From: Longivirga aurantiaca
GTDB taxonomy: Bacteria; Actinomycetota; Actinomycetes; S36-B12; CAIYMF01
Length of the DNA stretch: 32,000 nt
Direction of reading: 5' to 3'
Assembly: GCF_042660085.1 (NCBI RefSeq)
Contig: NZ_JBHSTI010000008.1
Coordinates: 1,179,876-1,211,875 of the forward strand
The position numbers and the translations under genes are program-made. Positions 17,381-28,089 of this stretch are shown here, piece after piece. How positions within the stretch are numbered: position 1 is the first letter of the stretch; each line of letters begins with the position of its first letter. The notes under the pieces were generated by a model. It did not search any database. It was not told where the DNA came from and saw nothing but the letters and a program-made list of their open reading frames with translations.

Positions 17381-20300
17381 ATGTCGGCCGACGTACCCCC
17401 TGAAGCAGCGCCGTCGGTCGCGGACCTCCGGAGCCGCCTCGACGGCGTGATGCTGCGCGACCGCAGGCGGCTCGGACGCCGGCTCGAGGGCGCCCGCAAG
17501 ATCCGCGACGACGCCAAGCGCGCGCAGTCGCTCGCCACGATCGCCGCCGACGTCGTGCGGGCCGAGACGCGCATCGCTGCGCGGCGTGCGTCGGTGCCGA
17601 CGATCACGTATCCGGATCTCCCCGTCAGCGCGCGGCGCGACGACATCGCGGCCGCGATCCGCGACCACCAGGTGGTCGTGATCGCCGGTGAGACCGGCAG
17701 CGGCAAGACCACGCAGATCCCGAAGATCCTGCTCGAGCTCGGCCGTGGGGTCGTCGGGCAGATCGGGCACACGCAGCCCCGTCGTATCGCGGCGCGGGCC
17801 GTCGCGGACCGGGTGGCGGAGGAGCTCGGCGTCGAGCTCGGCGAGGCCGTCGGCTACCAGGTGCGCTTCACCGACCACTCGAGCGACCGCACGCTCGTGA
17901 AGGTGATGACCGACGGCGTGCTGCTCGCCGAGATCCAGAACGACCGGCTGCTCGAGCGCTACGACACGATCGTGATCGACGAGGCGCACGAGCGCAGCCT
18001 CACGATCGACTTCCTGCTGGGCTACCTGCGCGAGATCCTGCCGAGGCGGCCGGATCTCAAGATCGTGGTCACCTCGGCCACGATCGACACCGCGCGGTTC
18101 AGCGAGCACTTCCATGGAGCGCCGGTCGTCGAGGTGAGCGGCCGCACCTACCCGGTCGACGTCGTCTACGAGCCGTACGGCGTCGAGGACGGCGACGACC
18201 GCGACCAGGTGACGGCGATCTGCGACGCGGTGCTGGTGCTGCAGGGGCAGGGACCCGGCGACATCCTCGTGTTCCTGTCGGGGGAGCGGGAGATCCGCGA
18301 CACCGCCGACGCGCTGCGCGGGCTGAAGCTGCGCGACACCGAGATCCTGCCGCTCTACGCGCGCCTGTCGGCCCAGGAGCAGCACCGGGTCTTCGAGCCG
18401 CACAGCGGGCGTCGGGTGGTGCTGGCCACGAACGTCGCCGAGACCTCGCTCACCGTGCCGGGCATCCGGTACGTCGTCGACCCCGGCACCGCGCGCATCA
18501 GCAGGTACTCCGCGCGGCTGAAGGTGCAACGGCTCCCGATCGAGGCGATCTCGCAGGCGAGCGCCAACCAGCGCAGCGGCCGCTGCGGGCGCGTGGCCGA
18601 CGGCATCGCGATCCGGCTCTACTCCGAGGGGGACTTCCTCGCCCGGCCGGAGTTCACCGAGCCGGAGATCCTGCGCACAAACCTCGCCTCGGTCATCCTG
18701 CAGATGACGGCGCTCGGCCTCGGCGACATCGAGCGGTTCCCGTTCGTCGAGCCGCCCGACTCGCGCCAGATCCGCGACGGCGTCGAGCTCCTGCGCGAGC
18801 TGAACGCGCTCGAGCCGGGGAAGGAGCTGCGGCTCACGGAGATCGGGCGGCGCCTGGCCCGGCTCCCGCTCGACCCGCGCCTCGGCCGCATGGTGCTCGA
18901 GGCGGAGGCGCAGGGCTGCGTCGCCGAGGTGCTCGTGATCGCGAGCGCCCTGTCGATCCAGGACCCGCGCGAGCGCCCGGTCGACAAGCAGGCGCAGGCC
19001 GACCAGATGCACGCGCGCTTCCGGGACGCCACGAGCGACTTCCTCGCGCACCTCGCGCTGTGGACCTACCTGCGCGAGCAGCAGCGCGAGCGCAGCGGCA
19101 ACAACTTCCGGCGCATGTGCCGCGACGAGTACCTGCACTACCTGCGGGTGCGCGAGTGGCAGGACGTCCACTCCCAGCTGCGTCAGGCGTGCAAGGACCT
19201 CGGGATCGAGGTCGGTCGGCTCGGCACGGCGGACGGCGGAGCGCACGACCCTGCCGCCGTGCACCGTGCGCTCGTCGCAGGACTGCTGTCGCACCTCGGC
19301 TCGTACGACCCCGTGCGCCGCGACTACCTCGGTGCCCGCGGCGCGCGGTGGGCGATCCATCCCGGGTCCGCGCTGTCGCGCAAGCCGCCGCAGTTCGCCG
19401 TCGCCGCGGAGCTCGTCGAGACCTCGCGCCTGTTCGGCCGGGTCGTCGCGCGGGTGGATCCCGAGGCTGTCGAGAAGATCGCGGGCGACCTCGTGCAGCG
19501 GTCGTACTCCGAGCCGCGCTGGAGCAAGAAGCGCGTGGCCGTCGTCGCGGACGAGCGGGTCACGTTGTACGGCGTGCCCCTCGTCGTCGGTCGGACGGTG
19601 CAGTACGGCCGCATCGACCCGGTGGTGTCACGCGACCTGTTCATCCGGCACGCGCTCGTCGGCGGCGAGTGGGACTCGCACCACCGCTTCGTGCGCGACA
19701 ACGCGCGCGCCGTGTCCGACGTGGCCGAGATCGAGGATCGCGTCCGACGCCGCGACCTCCTCGTCGACGACGAGGTGCTCGTCGAGTTCTTCGAGGAGCG
19801 GCTGCCGCGCACGATCAGCGACGGGCGCGCGTTCGACCGGTGGTGGCGCGACGAGCGCCGCAAGCACCCCGACCTCCTGACCTACCCCCGCGACCTCCTC
19901 GTGCGCAGCGTCGGCGAGGACGTGGAGAGCGACTTCCCGCGGTCGTGGTCGTTCGGCTCGTTCGAGGTCGAGCTGCCGCTGTCGTACGCCTTCGAGCCGG
20001 GCAGCGACGTCGACGGCGTCACCGTCGACCTGCCCATCGCCCTTCTGCCGCAGGCGCATCCGGACGACTTCCTGTGGCAGGTGCCCGGTCGGCGCGAGGA
20101 GGTCGTGACGGCGCTCATCCGTGGGCTGCCGAAGAGCCTCCGCACCGCGTTCGTCCCGGTGCCCGACACCGCGCGCGCCGTGCTGCAGACGCTGGCACCG
20201 GGGGAGCGGGGCCTGCTCGACGCCCTCGGCCACACGCTCACGCGGATGTCCGGGGTCGTGGTGCCGTACGACGCGTGGGCGCCCGAGGCCCTCCCCGACC

Positions 20301-21325
20301 ACCTGCGCGTGACGATCCGCGTGGTCGACGAGGCCGGCGCCGAGCTCGCGTCCGGGAAGGACCTCGCGGCGCTGCAGCAGCAGCTCGCTCCGGCCGTGGC
20401 CGAGACGATCTCGCACGCCTCGCGCGATCTCGAGGTGCGCGGGCTCACCGAGTTCCCCGCGGACGGCGTCGCACGCGTGGTGCAGGAGACGCACGGGGAG
20501 CACGTGGTGCAGGGGTGGCCCGCCCTCGTCGACACCGGTGACGCCGTCGACCTCCGGGTCCTCGTCACGCGCACCGAGCAGCTGGTGGCCATGCGCTCCG
20601 GCGTGCGGAGGCTGATGAGGCTGCGGACGCCGGTGCCCGTGCGCTACGTCGTCGGGGTGCTGACCATGAAGGAGAAGATCGCGCTCGGGCACACGCCGCA
20701 CGGATCCGTGCCGGCGCTGCTCGACGACGCGCTCGGTGCCTGCCTCGACGCCGGTGTCGCGCGGGCGGCCGCGGGTGCGGCGCCCGGGTTCTCCGACGGC
20801 GTGCCGTGGACGCGGCCGGCGTACGACGCGGCGCTGCTCGCCGCGCAGGACCGGCTCGGCGACGAGCTGCTGCGCGTGGTGCGGCAGGCGGCCGTCGCGC
20901 TCGAGCTCTCGACCGAGGTGCGGATGCGCCTGCCGGGGATCACCTCGCCCAAGCTGGCCGACCTCGTCCGCGACGTGCAGACCCAGGTCGACGCGCTGCT
21001 GCCCGATGGCTTCATCACCCTCACCGGGGTCGACCGGATGCCCGACCTCGTGCGCTACCTGCGGGCCGTCGTACGCCGTCTCGACACAGCGCCCGAGGAC
21101 ACCGGCCGAGACCGGCTGCGCCAGAGCCAGATCGAGGCGGTGACCTCCGAGTGGCGCGACACGCTGGCCGCGCTGCACCCCGCCGAGCGGGAGACGCCGG
21201 CTGCGCACGAGGTGCGCTGGATGATCGAGGAGCTGCGGGTGAACCTCTTCGCGCAGAACCTCGGCACCCGCACACCGATCAGCGACAAGCGCATCCACAA
21301 GGCCCTCGACGCCCTCCTCGCCTGA
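17381..21325 (+). CDS. hrpA: ATP-dependent RNA helicase HrpA (DEAH box)
   Basis: 1314 aa; GETGSGKTTQIPK, VIDEAHERSLTIDFLLGYL, VTSATIDTARFSEHF, VFLSGEREIRD, ATNVAETSLTVPGIRYVVD, QRSGRCGRVADGIAIRLY, plus a long C-terminal HrpA-type region. Confidence 0.96.
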   Translation: MSADVPPEAAPSVADLRSRLDGVMLRDRRRLGRRLEGARKIRDDAKRAQSLATIAADVVRAETRIAARRASVPTITYPDLPVSARRDDIAAAIRDHQVVVIAGETGSGKTTQIPKILLELGRGVVGQIGHTQPRRIAARAVADRVAEELGVELGEAVGYQVRFTDHSSDRTLVKVMTDGVLLAEIQNDRLLERYDTIVIDEAHERSLTIDFLLGYLREILPRRPDLKIVVTSATIDTARFSEHFHGAPVVEVSGRTYPVDVVYEPYGVEDGDDRDQVTAICDAVLVLQGQGPGDILVFLSGEREIRDTADALRGLKLRDTEILPLYARLSAQEQHRVFEPHSGRRVVLATNVAETSLTVPGIRYVVDPGTARISRYSARLKVQRLPIEAISQASANQRSGRCGRVADGIAIRLYSEGDFLARPEFTEPEILRTNLASVILQMTALGLGDIERFPFVEPPDSRQIRDGVELLRELNALEPGKELRLTEIGRRLARLPLDPRLGRMVLEAEAQGCVAEVLVIASALSIQDPRERPVDKQAQADQMHARFRDATSDFLAHLALWTYLREQQRERSGNNFRRMCRDEYLHYLRVREWQDVHSQLRQACKDLGIEVGRLGTADGGAHDPAAVHRALVAGLLSHLGSYDPVRRDYLGARGARWAIHPGSALSRKPPQFAVAAELVETSRLFGRVVARVDPEAVEKIAGDLVQRSYSEPRWSKKRVAVVADERVTLYGVPLVVGRTVQYGRIDPVVSRDLFIRHALVGGEWDSHHRFVRDNARAVSDVAEIEDRVRRRDLLVDDEVLVEFFEERLPRTISDGRAFDRWWRDERRKHPDLLTYPRDLLVRSVGEDVESDFPRSWSFGSFEVELPLSYAFEPGSDVDGVTVDLPIALLPQAHPDDFLWQVPGRREEVVTALIRGLPKSLRTAFVPVPDTARAVLQTLAPGERGLLDALGHTLTRMSGVVVPYDAWAPEALPDHLRVTIRVVDEAGAELASGKDLAALQQQLAPAVAETISHASRDLEVRGLTEFPADGVARVVQETHGEHVVQGWPALVDTGDAVDLRVLVTRTEQLVAMRSGVRRLMRLRTPVPVRYVVGVLTMKEKIALGHTPHGSVPALLDDALGACLDAGVARAAAGAAPGFSDGVPWTRPAYDAALLAAQDRLGDELLRVVRQAAVALELSTEVRMRLPGITSPKLADLVRDVQTQVDALLPDGFITLTGVDRMPDLVRYLRAVVRRLDTAPEDTGRDRLRQSQIEAVTSEWRDTLAALHPAERETPAAHEVRWMIEELRVNLFAQNLGTRTPISDKRIHKALDALLA

Positions 21326-21380
21326 CCCCTGGTGGGATACGGCGGTGCTGGGCGCTGGCGGCGTCTGGTTGGGTAGGCGG

Positions 21381-22094
21381 ATGCACCAGGAGCCCGAGCA
21401 GTCCGCCCTACGCCGGATCCTGCTCTTCCTCAAGGGCTCGGCCACCATCCCGCGCACGCGCTGGACCGCGCGTCGGTTCTGGCGGCCCACGCCCGGCTCG
21501 GTGTTCTCGCTCCTGCTCGGGCTCGTCCTGTTCGGGCTCGGCGAGGCCTTCCTGCTCGTGGCCGACCTCGGTGCCACGCCGTGGACGGTGCTGGCGCAGG
21601 GCCTCAGCCTCCGCACCGACCTGTCGATCGGCTGGGTCACGTTCGCCGTGAGCACGCTGGTGCTGCTGCTCTGGATCCCGCTGCGGCAGAGGCCCGGTCT
21701 CGGCACGATCGCGAACATCGTGGTCATCGCGCTCGTGCTCGACCTCGCGTATGCCTGGCTGCCCGTGCCGAGCGGCCTGGGCCTGCGCTACGTGTTCGTG
21801 TTCGTCGGGATCGGCCTCATCGGCCTCGGCAGCGGCTTCTACCTCACGGCGGGGCACGGTCCCGGGCCGCGCGACGGCTGGATGACCGGTCTGCACCACC
21901 GCACCGGCCGCCCGGTCGCGCAGATCCGCCTCGGCATCGAGGTCGTGGTGCTCACCGTCGGCTGGCTGCTCGGGGGCACCGTGGGCATCGGCACCGCGCT
22001 GTTCGCGCTGCTGATCGGACAGTCGGTGGCCCTCGGCCTCACGCTCGTGCGCCACGTCGTCCCGCCGGCGCAGCCGCACGCACCGCGGACCTGA
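21381..22094 (+). CDS. YczE/YyaS/YitT-like integral membrane protein
   Basis: Likely start MHQEPEQ; FSLLLGLVLFGLGEAFLLVADLGATPWTVLAQGLS...GIGLIGLGSGFYLTAGHGPGPRDGWMTGLHHRTGRPVAQIRLGIEVVVLTVGWLLGGTVGIGTALFALLIGQ. Confidence 0.85.
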   Translation: MHQEPEQSALRRILLFLKGSATIPRTRWTARRFWRPTPGSVFSLLLGLVLFGLGEAFLLVADLGATPWTVLAQGLSLRTDLSIGWVTFAVSTLVLLLWIPLRQRPGLGTIANIVVIALVLDLAYAWLPVPSGLGLRYVFVFVGIGLIGLGSGFYLTAGHGPGPRDGWMTGLHHRTGRPVAQIRLGIEVVVLTVGWLLGGTVGIGTALFALLIGQSVALGLTLVRHVVPPAQPHAPRT

Positions 22095-22164
22095 CCGGTC
22101 AGGGGTCGTCGACCGTCCGGCCAGGGGCGCCGGAGGGGCTCTCGACGGCTCCCGCACGACGGAC

Positions 22165-22194
22165 GCCCTCCCGCTCGCACGCGGGAGGGCGTTC
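22165..22194. terminator. bidirectional intrinsic terminator between convergent genes
   Basis: ACGCCCTCCCGC-tcgcac-GCGGGAGGGCGT: perfect 12-bp stem. Confidence 0.8.
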
Positions 22195-22209
22195 GTACGT
22201 CGTGGCCGG

Positions 22210-23229
22210 CTACGACTTCGCGAGCCCGTGCTCCTGGAGCGCAGGCATGACCTTCTGGGCGTACGCCTTCAGGGTCGAGTCCTGGGCGTCGTGCTGCAGG
22301 TAGATCGCGAACTGGTCGACGCCGAGGTCGCGCAGGGCCTTCAGCCGCTCGATGTGGGCCTCGGCCGGGCCGAGCACGCAGAACCGGTCCACGATCTCGT
22401 CCGGCACGAACTCCACGTGCGCGTTGCCGGCGCGTCCGTGCGAGTTGTAGTCGTACCCCTGGCGACCCGCGATGTAGTCGGTCAGTGCCTGCGGCACCGC
22501 AGCGCCGTCCGAGCCGTACCGCTCGACGATGTCGGCCACGTGGTTGCCGACCATCCCGCCGAACCACCGCACCTGGTCGCGCTGGTGCTCGATGTCGTCA
22601 CCGACGTACGCCGGTGCGGCGACGCAGATCTTGACCGACATCGGGTCGCGACCGGCCTGCTCGGCCGCGCGGCGTACGGCGGCGATGCTCCACTCCGCGA
22701 TCGCCAGGTCGGCGAGCTGGAGGATGAAGCCGTCCGCCACCTCGCCGGTGAGGGCGAGCGCCTTGGGCCCGTAGGCCGCGACGTACATGTCGAGCTGGCT
22801 GCCCTTGCTCCACGGCAGGCGCAGGTGGCTCCCGTTGTGGTCGACGGATCGGCCGTTGGCCAGCTCACGGATCACGTGGATGCTCTCGCGCAGCTCGGCG
22901 AGGGTCGACGGGCGGCCGTTCGTGACGCGCACCGCCGAGTCGCCGCGCCCGATGCCGCACACCGTGCGGTTCCCGAACATGTCGTTGAGCGTGGCGTACG
23001 TCGACGCGGTCACGGTCCAGTCGCGGGTGGCGGGGTTGGTGACCATCGGGCCGACGATGATGCGGTTGGTCTGCGACAGGATCTGGCTGTAGATCACGTA
23101 CGGCTCCTGCCAGAGCAGGTGCGAGTCGAAGGTCCAGACGTAGCTGAAGCCCGCGATCTCGGCCTTCTTCGCCAGGTCGACCACGCGCCACGCGGGCGGG
23201 TTGCACTGCAGGACGACTCCGAAGTCCAC
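22210..23229 (-). CDS. LLM class (luciferase-like) flavin/F420-dependent oxidoreductase, TIGR03842-like
   Basis: GTG start at 23229: VDFGVVLQCNPPAWRVVDLAKKAEIAGFSYVWTFDSHLLWQEPYVIYSQIL...GPMVTNPATRDWTVTASTYATLNDMFGNRTVCGIGRGDSAVR. Confidence 0.9.
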   Translation of the reverse strand: MDFGVVLQCNPPAWRVVDLAKKAEIAGFSYVWTFDSHLLWQEPYVIYSQILSQTNRIIVGPMVTNPATRDWTVTASTYATLNDMFGNRTVCGIGRGDSAVRVTNGRPSTLAELRESIHVIRELANGRSVDHNGSHLRLPWSKGSQLDMYVAAYGPKALALTGEVADGFILQLADLAIAEWSIAAVRRAAEQAGRDPMSVKICVAAPAYVGDDIEHQRDQVRWFGGMVGNHVADIVERYGSDGAAVPQALTDYIAGRQGYDYNSHGRAGNAHVEFVPDEIVDRFCVLGPAEAHIERLKALRDLGVDQFAIYLQHDAQDSTLKAYAQKVMPALQEHGLAKS

Positions 23230-23237
23230 GCGGTCTC

Positions 23238-24649
<1,412 letters not shown>

Positions 24650-24653
<4 letters not shown>

Positions 24654-25486
24654 GGCTGCACCAGGTCGCCGTAGGCCTCGGGCCGACGATCGCGGTAGAA
24701 GGCCCAGCGGTTGCGCACCTCGGTGAGCAGCTCGAGGTCGAGGTCGCGGATCATGAGCTCGGGGGAGTGGCTGTCAGCGACCTCGCCGACGAACGCGCCC
24801 TGCGGGTCGACGAAGTACGAGGTGCCGTAGAAGTCGTCGTCGCCGAGGTCCTCGATCCCGACACGGTTGATCGCGCCGATGAAGTACTCGTTCGCGACCG
24901 CAGCGGCCGGCTGCTCGAGCTTCCAGAGGTACGACGAGAGCCCGCGCGAGGTGGCCGACGGGTTGAACACGATCTGCGCACCGTTCAGGCCGAGCGCGCG
25001 CCAGCCCTCGGGGAAGTGCCGGTCGTAGCAGATGTAGACGCCGACCTTCCCGACCGCGGTGTCGAAGACCGGGAAGCCGAGGTTGCCGGGGCGGAAGTAG
25101 AACTTCTCCCAGAAGCCCCTCACGTGCGGGATGTGGTGCTTGCGGTACTTGCCCAGGTAGCTGCCGTCGGCGTCGATCACGGCGGCGGTGTTGTAGAGGA
25201 AGCCCGGCTGCTCCTGCTCGTACATCGGCAGCACCATCACCATCGACAGCTCGCGCGCGAGGGCCTGGAAGCGTTCGACCGTCGGGCCGGGCACCGTCTC
25301 GGCGTACTCGTAGAAGGCGGCGTCCTGCACCTGGCAGAAGTAGGGGCCGTAGAACAGCTCCTGGAAGCAGATGACCTGCGCCCCTGCCGCGGCGGCCTCG
25401 CGCGCGTAGTTCTCGTGCGCGACGATCATCGACTCCTTGTCGCCCGTCCACGAGGTCTGGACGAGGGCGGCTCTGACGACGGACAC
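24650..25486 (-). CDS. nitrilase-superfamily hydrolase (beta-ureidopropionase / N-carbamoyl amino acid hydrolase-like)
   Basis: 278 aa with the Glu-Lys-Cys triad context QELFYGPYF, KYRKHHIPH, VYICYDRHFPEGWR. Stop overlaps the GTG start of the hydantoinase gene (GTGA). Confidence 0.9.
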
Positions 25487-25631
25487 GACTGCCTCCTGGG
25501 CACCGGCCGACCGACCCGGTCGGCGAGAGCCTCACTTAACCCCTACGCCGGGGTGGGGGCAATCGGTTCGCGGAGATGTTCACACAGCGGTTGCGCGCCG
25601 CAGGTGCCGTACGTCGGAGCAGCGGACGCCG

Positions 25632-26273
25632 TCAGTCGATGCGGACGATCTCCCCGGACGCGGTCTTGAAGTGCACCGCCACGAGGCCCGGCTCCTCGGC
25701 GTCGACCCACTGGACGTCGGTGCCGTCGATCGGCGTGTCGACGCTGCCGCCGAGCCAGGCGCGGATGCGGTCCTTGTCGCCGGCGAGCTCGCACGAGACG
25801 GCCGACACGTGGGCCGGGTGCGCCATCGACGGGTGCTGCGCGGCATCGCTCGTCCACTGGATGAAGAAGGGGAGGGACGGGTCCTCGCGGAGCTCGGTGA
25901 TGCCGAGCTGCTTCCACGTGAGGTCGTAGCCGTCCGGGCGCACCCGGTGGCCGTCGACCGACTCGCGGCCCACGCGCTGCTCGATCGGCGTGATGTCGTC
26001 GACTGCGACGACCCAGCCCAGCCAGCCGCCGCCGTCCTCGGCGCGGGCGCGCACCGCCTGGCCGAACGGAGCCTTGTCCGAGGCGGGGTGGTCGAGCGCC
26101 GCGACGACCTCGAGGTAGACGCCGCCCTCGAGGGGGAGGATGAAGTTGCGGGTGCCGAAGCGGGGGTGGCGTCCGCCGTCCTCGAACGAGCCGCCCAGCT
26201 GCTGGCCGAGGCGCTGAACGGTGTCGACGAGCTCGTTGTGCGACACGGCGTAGGAGACGTGGTCCAGGCGCAT
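25632..26273 (-). CDS. VOC family / glyoxalase-like domain protein
   Basis: Start MRLDHVSYAVSHNELVDTVQRLGQQLGGSFEDGGRHPRFGTRNFILPLEGGVYLEVVAALDHPASDK; typical N-terminal His and metal-site Glu pattern. Confidence 0.85.
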   Translation of the reverse strand: MRLDHVSYAVSHNELVDTVQRLGQQLGGSFEDGGRHPRFGTRNFILPLEGGVYLEVVAALDHPASDKAPFGQAVRARAEDGGGWLGWVVAVDDITPIEQRVGRESVDGHRVRPDGYDLTWKQLGITELREDPSLPFFIQWTSDAAQHPSMAHPAHVSAVSCELAGDKDRIRAWLGGSVDTPIDGTDVQWVDAEEPGLVAVHFKTASGEIVRID

Positions 26274-26379
26274 AAAGGGATCCTGCCGCACCCGATCCGG
26301 GCGCCGTGCAGGGGGGTGGGTGTTCACGTGGAAGGTCTTGTGCGCCAACGGTTCTCGTGCCCCACCAAGATCGCCGGGA

Positions 26380-27144
26380 TCAGGCGGTGTCGGACTTGCG
26401 GCGAGCCCGCTCGAGGGCCTCGAGCCGGTCGGCGCGCGTAGCCTCCGGCAGCGTCGGCGCGGTGCCCCCGAGACGGGCCGGCAGCCACCAGGTGTCGTCC
26501 GGCCCGGACGGTTTCTGCGGGTAGCGCGCGATGGCGTCGTCGAGCATGCCGCGCATCACCTCGTGCAGGTGCTCGCCGACGGCGTCGAGGTCGGAGCCCG
26601 GGGGCACGTCGATGGGTGCGCCCACCGAGACCGACACTGCCTTGCCGCGCGAGAAGTCGCGGGGGCGGCCCTTGGTCATGATGCGGTGGGTGCCCCAGAG
26701 CACGGTCGGGATGAGGGGCACCCCGCCGTCCATCGCGAGCCGCGCGGCGCCGCTCTTGAAGTCCTTGATCTCGAACGACCGCGAGATGGTGGCCTCCGGG
26801 AAGATGCCGACGATCTCGCCGTTCTTGATGTGGTCCAGCGCGATACGGAAGGACTCGGCGCCGGCGGTGCGGTCGACCGGGATGTGCTTCATCCCGCGCA
26901 TGAGGGGGCCGGCCACCGGGTTCTTCCAGATCGAGTCCTTGGCCATGAAGCGCACGTAGCGCCCGGCAGGGTTCGCGCCGAGTCCGGCGAAGATGAAGTC
27001 CATGTAGCCGATGTGGTTGCTGGCCAGCACCGCGCCGCCGGACCTCGGGATGTGCTCCGTCCCGCTCAGGTCGATGTGCAGGCCGAGGCCCTTGAACAGC
27101 GCCTTCGCGGTGATAACGACGGGGGCGTAGACCGGCTCGACCAT
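26380..27144 (-). CDS. 1-acyl-sn-glycerol-3-phosphate acyltransferase (PlsC-like)
   Basis: 254 aa; LASNHIGYMDFIFAG (NHxxxxD), MKHIPVDRTAG, GIFPEATIS, ARLAMDGGVPLIPTVLWGTHR. Confidence 0.92.
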   Translation of the reverse strand: MVEPVYAPVVITAKALFKGLGLHIDLSGTEHIPRSGGAVLASNHIGYMDFIFAGLGANPAGRYVRFMAKDSIWKNPVAGPLMRGMKHIPVDRTAGAESFRIALDHIKNGEIVGIFPEATISRSFEIKDFKSGAARLAMDGGVPLIPTVLWGTHRIMTKGRPRDFSRGKAVSVSVGAPIDVPPGSDLDAVGEHLHEVMRGMLDDAIARYPQKPSGPDDTWWLPARLGGTAPTLPEATRADRLEALERARRKSDTA

Positions 27145-27166
27145 GCGGTGACACTACCCTCGCGGC

Positions 27167-27676
27167 ATGGCCGACGACCTGCACGTCACAGTGTTCGCGG
27201 ACGACTCACGCATCGAGGCGCTGTCGGCGTACACCGACAGCATCGAGGAGCTCGCGGCGGTGTTCGCCGACGCGAACGTCGGCGACGGCGAGCTGCTCGA
27301 CCGCCGGCCCGCCCCGGACTCCTGGTCGGTGGGAGAGGTCCTGCACCACCTGGCCGACGCCGAGCTGCACCAGGCCGTGCGCCTGCGCCGCATGCTGGCC
27401 GAGGACCGGCCGGTCTGGGAGCCGTGGGACGAGGAGGAGTACGCCGCCTCGCTCGGCTACGACATCCGTCCTGCCGCGGACGCCCTCACGCTGGTGCTCT
27501 CGCTCCGGCACGTGAACGCCCGGCTGCTCGCGTCGCTCTCGCCGGAGCAATGGGCGCGGACGGCGGTGCACCCGAGCGAGGGCGAGATCGACGTCGCCGG
27601 ATGGGTGACGGTGGCTGCGGACCACCTCAAGCTGCACGTGCTGCAGGCGCGACGCGCCGTCGTGGGGATGATCTGA
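27167..27676 (+). CDS. DinB family protein
   Basis: 169 aa; RRPAPDSWSVGEVLHHLADAELHQAVRLRRMLAED ... VTVAADHLKLHVLQARR, with His residues in the positions expected of the metal-binding four-helix bundle. Confidence 0.88.
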   Translation: MADDLHVTVFADDSRIEALSAYTDSIEELAAVFADANVGDGELLDRRPAPDSWSVGEVLHHLADAELHQAVRLRRMLAEDRPVWEPWDEEEYAASLGYDIRPAADALTLVLSLRHVNARLLASLSPEQWARTAVHPSEGEIDVAGWVTVAADHLKLHVLQARRAVVGMI

Positions 27677-27716
27677 GCGCGCGGTTCGTCGGTCGGTCGT
27701 CTGGAAGGGTAGGGAC

Positions 27717-27989
27717 ATGCAGCAGGACGAGGCGGAGAAGGTCGTCGCAGCTCTCAGCGAGCTGCGCCTGTTCGCCCACCTCTACCGCGGTGGGGTCAAC
27801 CGGTTCGGCGTGCGCGTCGTGCTCTCGGACGGCCGCGAGGCCCTCTGGGACGTCGACGGCGCGGCCGGGCTCGAGGCGCAGGTCATGGCCAACGGGGTGC
27901 TCGTCGGCTTCGTGCCGAGGATCCCGGGATCGGAGACCTTCACGATCGAGCAGACCGTCGCGGCCATCGCGACGGCGACGTACACGTAG
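27717..27989 (+). CDS. hypothetical protein
   Basis: 90 aa MQQDEAEKVVAALSELRLFAHLYRGGVNRFGVRVVLSDGREALWDVDGAAGLEAQVMANGVLVGFVPRIPGSETFTIEQTVAAIATATYT; plausible folded composition and good spacing after dinB. Confidence 0.7.
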   Translation: MQQDEAEKVVAALSELRLFAHLYRGGVNRFGVRVVLSDGREALWDVDGAAGLEAQVMANGVLVGFVPRIPGSETFTIEQTVAAIATATYT

Positions 27990-28089
27990 GGGCCCGGCAG
28001 CCGTCCACAGGGCGGCCGGGCGGCGAGTCGTCCCCAGGCGGCGGGTGCCGCTGAGCGAGCCCACGGGTGGTGCGATCGACGGTGGCGCC

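Noticed and set aside
17042-19360. 772-aa minus-strand ORF (and 19628-21727, 699 aa) opposite hrpA
   Set aside because: Antisense shadow ORFs of a confident 1314-aa HrpA. Rich in V/D/R/H with no domain motifs.
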